DNA of 64,000 nt from NCBI GenBank assembly GCA_000708835.1, contig DF237050.1, positions 119,919 through 183,918 on the forward strand. The letters run 5' to 3'. Below are positions 52,322 through 62,550 of this stretch, piece by piece. The stretch is from Klebsormidium nitens. Its lineage: Eukaryota > Plantae > Klebsormidiophyceae. The position numbers and the translations under genes were made by a program. Positions within the stretch are counted from its first letter, which is position 1; each line of letters opens with the position of its first letter. The notes under the pieces are model-generated. The model had not been told where the DNA came from and made no database searches. It worked only from the letters and a program-made list of their open reading frames with translations.

Positions 52322-55007
52322 CTAGGACCGAACATCGAGGACCCCCCGTTCTCTAAGAAGTTGCGCACCCTGACAACTTGGCACCGTGGGAGATACGGTC
52401 ACCTTAGTAAGCCAGCCAATTGAGTTCGTCGCTAGGACCATCAAAGCTGTCTCGACAGCCTCGCAGTCTCTTAATGTCAAAACACTGATACTTCTCGACT
52501 CGGCCAAGGACACGTAAACACCTTCAGTAAGCCTTTTGCACCCATCGAGGTACAGCGTCCGTAACTTTCTACACTCAAGCACCAGCTCCTCTATCAGGTC
52601 GTCAGTTACCGCATTCTCGCATCGTTGTAAGCCGAGAATCTCCAGACTCCCTAACCAGGCCAGCGGAGTTAGATTAGTGATGTTGTGGCAACTCTCCAGG
52701 ATGATCTCGGTCAATCCAGGTAGCGACTTGATCAGGGCAACCAGTCCCACGTCGCCAATGGCCGTGTAGCTCAGATTGAGGGTCTCCAGCTTGGAACAAG
52801 TTGCTAACGACGCAAAGCCAATGTCGCTCAGCGAAGTACACCTAGTAAGGTTCAAGCGCCGCAGCGACGGAGCCGCTTGGGCAATGGCTTGGACTCCCTC
52901 GTCCGACACTCCCCTCACTGGCTGGCTAGATGCGAGGGAGAGCTCCGTGATTCTGCGTGTCCTTGCAGCAAGGTACGCTATGCCCTTGCTCGTGATTGCC
53001 GTCGAAGCGATCTCGAGACTTGCCAAGTTTGGGCAATTGCTTAAAGCCTCCACAGCTGAGGGATCGACTTTATTGCACTGTACAGAGACTTTTTCCAAGT
53101 TTGGCGGGCACGCCCAACCAATCCGTTTCAGGACCTCAGCCCCTTCGCTGTCCGAAGGGGCTCCTTGCGAGTCGGACTGGATTTTAAACACACGGAGCGT
53201 TCGGCAATGACCCGCAAGTGCTCTGAGACTGCCGACGTTACTGGAGAGCAGCTCCAGATGCGCTTCCAAGACCTCGAGCGAAAACCAGATACTCGGCAGC
53301 CCTCGTGATCGGACAAACCTGCCTAGCCGCAGCCGCTTCAATCTTGGACACCCAACGAGCTTGTTTAGCGTCTGCGTGACATCGAATCGTGTGTTCACAA
53401 GGCGAGCCCGGCCCATGTTTGTCCCCGGCTCGGGCTTGGGTGGCCTCAGGTCCAGCGTGACCTCCTCGAGTGACAAACACTCGCCCACGCTAGCGAGACC
53501 CGGAAAAGAAAATTGGAAAGCGCCCACCAGAGAAAGTGTCCTCAAGTTCGTTGCTTTCTGCAGGGCGGACACTCCGCTGTCGCCAACCGCGCGACAGTCT
53601 TGAAGTTCGAGATGACGCAGCCTCTGCAAGGATTGTGAGATTGATCAATGATCAGGTATCATGCACAGATGTCCTGGGGAACCCGCAGATGCCTAGCAGA
53701 TGCCGACCAACTGATGAGTACACGGCTTTGTTTGCATGAAATTGTGAATGTCTCTCAGACGAAGGGCAGACAAGGGGTCTTGTAATTGACGTTTTCCAAG
53801 ACATTCCAGATTACAGATCTCTCGATCAAGAACCAAGTAAATTCAAATCAGAAGCGACAACGTACAGTCCGCAACGGTGATGATACCGAGGCAGATATTG
53901 AAACCATGACCATCTGGATTCCTGACCGAGCCACTAGCTGAAACCTTGCTTACCGGGCAATTTACGACCAAGTCTTCAATGTCGTTGTCCGTCAGCACTT
54001 GCCAAACGAGGCCAGACTGGTCGTCTCGGAAGCCCCGACCGTCTCTCTGAAACCAGGGGTTCGTGGGGAAGGCCTCGTAAGTTATGCAGACTTTCTCCAG
54101 CTGCTTGCAGGCCTGAAACACTGGCCCAAGATCCACAGGCTCCGCCACTATGACTTGGTGTAGCGAGAGTGTCACCAAATTTCTACACTGCGCTATAAGC
54201 CCCAGCTGACAGCTGGCGCCAGACGGAAGCGCACTCCACAGGGTCAACCTCTGCATATAAACGACAAGAACCGTCAGGAAACGCAATCTCGTTGAGTCAT
54301 GGAAGACATGACGCAGACAAGGTGAATGCTTGTTGATGGGACCTGGAAGAGCTTTCCAGGCTATTGCGGCTTGGTCTGACAGCAACTGGATTGATCTTGA
54401 ATGTCGGGCAGATTTTGCAATCGTGATGCAGGTGTGATGGCTGGAGGCTCTGACCTGCAAGGACTGTGGGAACTGCTGGCTTGCAAGCTTCAAGGCCTCC
54501 TCTGTGAGACTGTCTCTGCCAAGCATGATCGCCAGGGACACCACAATGCTGTCTCGCCAGCGGGGCTGCTGCGCATCTTCCACTCGCCTGGCCCCAAAAA
54601 CATTAACGCTGGTGTTAGCCTCACACTTGCTTCAACGTTGCCCATCGTGACTCTCATTCATAGCAAAGTTAGGAAACAATCGCTACACTTTCAAAGCGAT
54701 CACTGGCCCCCACCACTCTCTTTTAGCAATTTACAGATACAACGAAGTTCCTGATTCAAGGATCACACAACCAGTCAGCGGGCAGTCAGCATTGTCTTGA
54801 GTGATCCTGACACACAAGATGCACAAGCTGGACGTACCTGAAAGCGAGTCGCTGTGGGACACTCTGAAATGCATGCAGCCAGCTTTTGTTAACCCTGCAC
54901 GCTGCGTCCTTATCCACCGGCTCGTCCAGAAAGTGCAGGATGTGCGCCAGCAGATCTGTGCTGCCAAACACATCCCTCACACTCTCAAACCCGTCCTCAA
55001 TGTCCAT
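52322..55007 (-). CDS. F-box/LRR-repeat protein (AMN1/FBXL-type cysteine-containing LRRs), about 647 aa
   Basis: Exons 55007-54838, 54629-54455, 54250-53954 and 53623-52322. F-box-like VFGSTDLLAHILHFL...AACRVNKSW. Repeats such as LRRLNLTRCTSLSDIGF and LETLNLSYTAIGDVGL. Confidence 0.85.
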
Positions 55008-55159
55008 TATAAGTTAAATGGAAACCCACTTCGCCTGGCCCAGCTCAAAGTCTGCTTGTCATGCCCTCTAGTAGGCGGCGTCCTCGTTCCAAAAGGGGCC
55101 ATGTCCCCAGCAAGCGGCAGCAATCCCGTTCCTGCTCCGAGCTGATTCTGAGCCAGCTA

Positions 55160-55300
55160 GCGCCCCGGCCCAGACTCCCCCGGCTGGGTGCGCGCGGAGA
55201 CCGCGTCGGGCAGTACGCGGCCAAGCGCGGCCGCCACATTGTCGCGGCCGGGCGGCCGGCCGTGCGGATCGCGCCCGCGCGGGCCTGCTGCAATACCGCG
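55160..55300. promoter_or_regulatory. CpG-dense GC-rich patch in the divergent F-box/YTH interval (possible promoter or 5' exon)
   Basis: Composition and position only (gcgcggccgccacattgtcgcggccgggcggccggccgtgcgg). Confidence 0.3.
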
Positions 55301-56025
55301 ACGGGAATGCTTCGACCATTTTCGAAATCATCACGCCACTTTGACTAGGATGCGGGGCAGGCCCAAGGATCACTTGGTCAATGGTGGCTATCATGGTACC
55401 TGAGCCATTGATCAGGCGCAAGCGCTGGACTCGAGCCAAATGCAAGAGGGCGTCAGGAGCCGGGTCACGGGGCTGCCCCTTGCCGCAAAAAGTGGACAGC
55501 ATGGAGCGGAGGCCAGCCTGCCGGCATGCAGGTTTGTACCTCATCCCCATCATCAATGCCGCTCTGAGCATGCGTGCAGCTTTGTTCTTTGATGCTTCAT
55601 TGCTACGTGACAAATGCTAGTGTGTGTGAGTGGGTTTATGCAGAATGCCATTGAGGCAGCGTCACTGGGGAGTCTCTCAATGTTGTAGCACGTCGTGACG
55701 CCACCATTTTGAGGCAGTTTCTTATTCGCTCAAAGCTTGTCACTGGGTCCTGCAGCTATTGTTAGCTCTGGTTTTTCTCAATACCGCCTCAGTCAATTTT
55801 CGATCTATCTACAGGCGGATCAACTTGCACGTTTAGTTGCTTGATGGCAGGATAGAAGGTGGAGTAGGCTTCTTTGGGGCTGTAGCCCGGCAAACACTGC
55901 TCCACTTGATTGTACGAGAGTATTCAGCAGCTACACTGGTTTGGGATTAGGCAAGCTGGGGGCGCTCTTGTAAGGACAAGGCAGCTCCGACGTGCTGCCG
56001 CAGAAGGAGCGTTGGACGGGCCGAT

Positions 56026-59000
56026 TTGATGGAAGAGGAGAAGCCGCTGGAATGGCGGAAGATAGTCGAGATTCTCAAGAGGAAGGGCAACGAATTGCTC
56101 GCTGCACAGGCGGCTCAGGCAGCTCAGCTGCCCCATGCAGCCTCCCCCCCCTCTCAGGAAGCTGCACATACCTCCACAGAGCCACACTCTGCAGCGAACC
56201 CCTCCACAGCTTCCCTAGCCGAACCCCCCCAGCCCACCGGTGGTTCGGCAGCGCCCCCCTCCAAAAAGAAGAAGAAGAAGAAGAAGAAGCAGGCGGCAGA
56301 CTCGGAAGAGAAGCACGAAGAGCCAGAGAGCAGCGAACCTGGCAAGCCAGCCGGCGGGCCCGTCACACCTCCCTTTGTCTTTACAGCGGGGGCAAATGGA
56401 GCGGACGAAGGCTGGGTGCAAATGCCTCTTGGAGGGCGTGCGGTGATTGGTACAGCTCCACCCACAACCAATGAAGACAAGAGCGGCGGGGTGGAAAACG
56501 ATGCACTCCCAGGCAATGCACGGGTCGATCCAGGAACAGCGGCTGAGGGTGAAGAAGCCACAAAAGCATCATTGCTAGAAGCGGCCACTGATAGAGTCAC
56601 GCCCGGTGATGTCGAACACTCGGAAGAGGCCCCGGCTGAGCCGAAATCAAAGGTGAAGAAGAAAAAGAAGAAGGGCAAAGGGGGGAAGGGGGTTGGAACG
56701 GAGGGTTCTGCACCGGAAGCTGAGGCGGGCAGCTCTTTACAACCCCCCAGGTCAGATCCGGCGGGCAGCGCTGAGGAGAGCCCAGCACAGGACGAAGGGG
56801 CTGAGCGCAGCCATGCTTCAGCAGAGGCGGCTGGCAGTTTGAATCTTGCGGAAGATGAGCGAGGCAAACGCTCTGAAAAGGGCGCCCAGGAGTGGCCCCC
56901 TGAGCAGCCCACTGGGTGGTCTGACACCGAGGAGGTCCCCGACTTTGTGTCGGACTCTGGAGGGAGCGACGGCGAGGAAGGGGAAAGAGATAAGAGCGGG
57001 GCACCAGAACGACGGGAACAGGAGGAGATGAGCGGAGCACAGGGGAAAAGGGGGCCTGAGGACAGGAGCGATTGGGAGGAGCGGTCGGACCTGTGGGAGG
57101 GCGAGGAGGGGGAAGGGGAAACTCGGAGTGGAGACGAGCGGAAGAAAGACGGGGACGAAGAGTGGGGGGAGCTGGAAGAGGACGATGTGGAGCAGCTGCT
57201 GATGCTGGGCCAGCTTCGGGAGGTGAGAGCTGCCATTGGCTTCTTCATTGATGTTGGTCTCACCAAGCTAGGGCCATTGAGTGAGATACGGGAGTCCGTT
57301 CGTTGAGCATGGCGTACAGTGAAATGCTTTGGTCTCATGTGTCGCATGCGACACTTGGATTCGATTTGACCAGTGCTTGAAGTAACATGCAACCTGGAAT
57401 ACGTGGCCAACAAGTGCGCTTGCTCTATGGGTAGAAATGATGTACTGTGAATTGTAAGTACTCTTCATGGGCTTTGACAATGCCAGACGGGGCCACTCGG
57501 TGGCACCTCCTGGTTAAAATTGGCGAGTAACGAAGAATTGCAGACCCATTGTCTGAAGCAGCCTTCCTGGAACAAGTGCGTGCTTGATGGAAATGGAACG
57601 CGGGCTGTCCCTGTTGCACCAAGTCGGCATCATCCCTCATAGAGCAGTCGGAATACTTGTCGTGCAGTCCGCACGCTTGGCCACTTTTCTTGCTTCTACA
57701 CAATTGAAAGGCCTCAGAAATTATCGTCAAGTGGTGTTGTAAATCGTTTCGAATTGTCCCTTGTCTGCTACCTCTAAATCGTAAACCACTTCCGCAGGCT
57801 ACGAAGACCTCAAAGGTCGCCCCAGCCCGAAAAAAGCGCCCGGCTCCTCCGGCCCCCCAAAAACCCACCCAGACACCGAGCAAACCTCCAGACACCCAGC
57901 AGCACAGACCCGCTGCCCCCCCGACCCCGTTCCGGCCCCGGGGATCCCCCTCCGAGCGTGTCGAGCTGCACCTGCCGGCCGGCCGGCTGATTGTGAACCG
58001 GGCGGACTTTGACGCGCGGCCCGCGACGGCGCGATTCTTTGTGATCAAGAGCAACAGCGTGGACGACGTGCACAAGAGCATCAAGTACGGCGTGTGGGCC
58101 AGCACACCCTACGGCAACAAGCGCCTGCACGCGGGGTTCAAGGAGGCGTGCGCAGCGGATTCTCCCGCTCAGGTGTTCCTGCTCTTCAGCGTGAACGCGA
58201 GCGGGAAGTTCTGCGGAGTGGCCGAAATGGTGAGGATCCCTGAGTAGCCGCTCCGATCGTCTTTGCTGAGAAACGGAGACGGCCATAATCTGCGACTTGC
58301 TGGCTCTTGGCCGCGCTTCTTCGCCCATGCTGGAAGGACGAACGTGTAGGAACGTTAGTTTCGCGAAGTCTGAAAAGCTCTGGAAATGTTAGATCTGAAT
58401 TGTGCAGAGTCCTCTCCAGTGAGCTCGCAGTAGATTTTCCTCTCACTTTGTCCACGAACAAAGGTGATAGTACCTCCTTATATGTAACGCCTGCAAGCAA
58501 AAGCGTCTGGCTAACAGTGCAGGAAGCCCCAGCAAACAGCAGTATTTGCGTCTCTTCCAGATGAGCGACGTCGACTTCGACACCTCCGTGGACGTGTGGC
58601 AGGAGGACAACTTGTGGACGGGCCGCTTCAAGGTGCACTGGCACATCATCAAGGTGCGCCGCTCATCCTCCCTGCTACAGACATGCGAAGCGACCCTCTT
58701 ATCGGCCATGGTGTTGCAAAGTAATCCCCATAAGTGTGCACAAAACTCGCACAACCTGGGTCTACTCTAAAGGGTCAAAGAGCAGAGTCAGAGCACGTGC
58801 GTCCAATCTGACACCTCGCGAGGATCGAAGATTCAACTCTCGCCAAAGGTTTATTGAGTCTCTTCTCGGATGTGTCAAAGTGATCTGTCGCGTTCAATAA
58901 CCCGGTGCTAAAACTGCCTCCAGCAAAGCGCCGCCAGGTCTGACCCCGCATGGTTTCAGCAGCACGTGATCTCAGTAGGAGTCAGTCGAACAGGGACTTT

Positions 59001-61284
59001 CTGCTTGAAGGACCATGGCCCTTCTTTACCTGCGTGGCTGACTCCTCGTTACTTTATCCTGTTCCAGGACGTTCCTAGCCGCGAGTTCTACCACATCCGG
59101 GTGCCCAGCAACGAGAACAAGCCGGTGACCAACAGCAGAGACACGCAGGATGTGAGTCGCAAACACCGCCTCTCACGCATTACTCCATTGCATGCGAGCT
59201 TTTACAACCCTCCTGTCTGTCGACGGATTGCCTTCATAACGCAGTAAATTCCGACGTAAAGCCGTTCTCCACTCTTGTGTCAACGTCCGTGCTGCTGCTT
59301 CCACATGATCGCATCGGCCCTGTCACTTGAATCAAGGCCTCCAGTGTCGTGTCTGAGCTGCCAGCGCCTTCGCTGTCCCGACCTCCAAACAGGCATTTAG
59401 CTTGGCTGTCTATGTTCTTTTTGATCAGCCTCCCTGACGAACGATCTTCTTCCCGCCGCCATGGCAGTCCCTATCGAGACGCCTTCCATCTGCTTCAAAA
59501 CTGATGTCGGGCCAATCAGAAACTGAGACAACCTCAGCCCTTTGAAACTGATTGCTGGCCTACCAGAGCGAGGTCTGTCTCAGCACGTTTCCCGCGCAGC
59601 GCCGCGGCTGACCTGCGCGTCTCCGGTGCGCAGGTGCCGTACGCGCAGGGGCTGGAGATGCTGGCCATCTTCGCGGCGTCGCCGTCCGTGAGCAGCATCC
59701 TGGACTACTTTGCGCTGTACGACACGCAGCAACAGCTGCTGCAAGAAGACCGCGACAAGGCCAAACTGCGCCCGCCGCCGCCAGGCAAGCCCCGCACTCC
59801 ACGTAGCATGTGAAAATGCATCTGATACATAAGGGTTGACAATATGCAAAGCTAACGAGACTGCCGCATACCCTGCAGTCTTGCTTGCTTGAAACAAGTG
59901 ATTGCGCCCTGATGGCAAGGTCTGGTAGCCAAGAAAGTCGTTCTTTGTGACGCTCGTCAGGAGCTGCTTTCTAGTCGTGTCTAGGGCACCATGGAAGCGC
60001 ACTCTATTGTTAGGACACTGTCCCTTTCCTTTCCGGGGCCTCTTCAGGATCCCACGTTTGATTTGAAAGGATGTTCAAATGCAATGATGTAAGTTTGGCA
60101 GCATTTCTCAAACCTTGCTTGCAGTCCTGGGGACGAGCTTTCAATGTTTGTGCACCCGAGGTGACACGTGGAGTGTCCGTTTGCAGTTGCGCCCCTTGAT
60201 CCGTGGGACGACAGACCGCAACCCCCAGGGCCGGGGTTCAGACCGAGGGGACCCGACTTCTTGTGAGCAAAACATGCGTCGTGTGCCACCCTCTTTCCTT
60301 GTTGAGAGCTGGAAAAAGCCAAGCAAGTCGGTGGTTGACTTCTGTCGCAGACTGCTTGATGTTGTTACTTTTTCACCCTGTTTGCAACCCCGTTGAAACG
60401 CCTACGTCAACCGTGCGCTTCAGTGGCTCTGATGCTCCGGGCCAGTTGGCTGCCAGCATGGTATGCTGACCTACGTCTTCTTTGCCCCTCTCTCTTTCAG
60501 CCGGCCGCCGTTCCCTCGGCCCCCGCTGGTGCCCCACAACATCAAGACCCGGCTGTGCCAGCGCTTCAGCTCGCCGGGGGGGTGCAACTACGGCGACCGC
60601 TGCCTGTTTGCACACGGGGTGCACGAGCTGCGGCCATTCCGTCCCCCTCCACCCGCGGGCCGCCCTCCCTTCTTCCCTGACGGCCGCCCCGCCTTCTTCC
60701 CTGACGGCCGTCCCGCCTTCTTCCCGCCCCCACCTTTTGGTCCCGGCGGCCCCCATCACCGGCCGCCGTTCTGGCGACCGGACGGAAACGGAAACGGAAT
60801 GGGTCCCGGCTTCGAAGGCCCCCGGCCCTGGTTGGGTCCACCGCCTGAGTTTGCCGGCCACGGGCACGGGCATCACTACCAGCAACAACACCCTGCGTCC
60901 CGCCTGCTAGATGCCCTGGAGAATGGGAATGAAGGGTTGCGTCACGGCGCGGCTGGGCCGGGCGGGGATGACGTCAGCGGGGATGAGAAGGACGCGCAGG
61001 ACGAGTACCTGCTGCAGCTGCTGACGGAGGGCGGCGCGGACAAAGGGCAGTCGGTGCCGGAGCCGGGGCAGGCTCCCGGGCTGGGCGACGGGAGCGAGTG
61101 GGCGGGGGGCCGGGAACACGAGGACGAGGAGGTGTGCTGCATCTGCTTCGAGCGGCCGATGGACGCGGCGCTTGAGCCGTGCCGGCATGAGCTGTGCCGA
61201 CAGTGCGCGGAGCTGATGCGCAGCGAGCGGAACAGCTGCCCCGTGTGCAACGCGGAAATCGAGTCAATCTTGCCGAGAACTTGA
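56026..61284 (+). CDS. YTH (m6A reader) - CCCH zinc finger - C3HC4 RING fusion protein, about 938 aa
   Basis: Exons 56026-57222, 57798-58229, 58561-58653, 59068-59151, 59634-59784, 60187-60262 and 60501-61284. YTH: ARFFVIKS...SIKYGVWAST...FSVNASGKFCGVAEM...VWQEDNLWTGRFKVHW...PVTNSRDTQ. CCCH: KTRLCQRFSSPGGCNYGDRCLFAH. RING: CCICFERPMDAALEPCRHELCRQC...CPVC. The join to the last two exons is inferred from phase. Confidence 0.78.
60658..60729 (+). repeat. Coding 24-bp tandem repeat x3 (GRP[P/A]FFP[D/P])
   Basis: Units start at 60658, 60682 and 60706: ggccgccc(t/c)(c/g)ccttcttccctgac. Confidence 0.85.
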
Positions 61285-62550
61285 GTACATTTCAGTGTGA
61301 GGGGTGCGTGTCGGAAAAGCTACAGTTTTGGAAACGCGTGGCTTTTGCAGTTGCGGATTGCTTGGTCACCAACGGGAGAGCTCGGTTAATAAAGGTGTGT
61401 ATCATCGACGTGTTCGTTGCATTACATGCTCCAAGCAAGAAGGTTGTGGAATTCCTAAACAGCCTTCCAACATGTATGTTCCCAGCTATGCCTCATGCGG
61501 GCTGCGTTCTTTCCTGTTCCTTCAAATTTCGTACGAGTGCCCTAAGTCGCTGGTTCTCAAAGTTCAGTAAGTTGATAACTGTTGAAACTCATGAAATTAT
61601 CATGTTTGAAAGAGCCATGTATGCAGTCTATGCTGCGGCACGGCATGATGAGTCAAACGCACGACACATGCACGACCAGATAATGTACATCTACTGCGAT
61701 ACACGAATCGTGGGCGGTTCACGGTTGGGGTGCCAACCGAACTTGTATAGCCGGTCTTGCCGTCTTATTAATTCATGCACGTTTCTCCGGATCGGATTGT
61801 CAGTGCCCACATGTGGGGATATACCAAATGCGAATCCTTCGTGACGTCCGACGGTGTCGTCAAGTCTAAATTTCTGCGCATTGCCGCCTAGCGTGTGCTC
61901 TTTCGCTCTCATTCAAGTCGTCCAAATTTCCATATAGTCGTTTTTGAGAACGTCAAAATCAATCTTGTATGAGGAATTTTGAAATAATTGTAACCTTCCA
62001 CTGTTTGTGAGGAGCTAGAAAGAAAAAATCCAATATCATCGTCGCTTTGCATGTACCATGTGCAGCTATTCGCTTACACGACATATGTCATGGTACCCTT
62101 CGAGTCAAGATCCACATGCAACTCGCGAGCGTTTTGCTATAGCGTATATTCAGGAGCAAAGTAGCTAGCTTGTTCAGCTTTGGCGCGATTGGTCAAAGCA
62201 AGGTTCAGAGGTCCCTGGCTCGGTGCACAGCAAGACCTCGTGTAAAGGACCTCGGCCACCATAGTGACTGAAGTTCGACTATGATAAGCTTCCCAAATCG
62301 AGGTGCACCTCAAAACAGCTTTTCTCTAAAGTTCCAAATTCGGTTTGTAACCTGCTTCTGGTTAGGTGTTGCGTTGACTGAAGAGCTCGCGTTGCCAAAG
62401 CTTTTTGAACTGAGGTGCTTTCGGCCCGACAGACTTACAATTGCGCCGGCCGAGCTCTCGCTGTCATTGATTGACCGATCAGGCTACGAATGTGCCTACT
62501 GTGCTTGCAAAAGCCAATGACCTCACGACTTGATGTTCAACTTGTAATAC
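61285..62550. other. Tail-to-tail spacer 6, palindrome/RY-rich
   Basis: Contains GACATATGTC (62080-62089), CTCGCGAG, AGCTAGCT (62163-62170) and several CATGCA/TGCATG copies. Confidence 0.55.

Noticed and set aside
55068-55613. 181-aa - strand ORF upstream of the F-box start
   Set aside because: Arg/Ala-rich translation of a CpG-dense patch. The F-box gene already has an in-frame ATG at 55007.
56154-57413. 419-aa - strand Ser/Phe-rich ORF
   Set aside because: Mirror of the Glu/Lys-rich first exon of the YTH gene.
60463-61284. CCCH-RING ORF as a stand-alone gene
   Set aside because: Its start is an alternative codon inside a polypyrimidine tract ending in CAG at 60500, and no in-frame ATG precedes the CCCH finger, so it behaves as a terminal exon.
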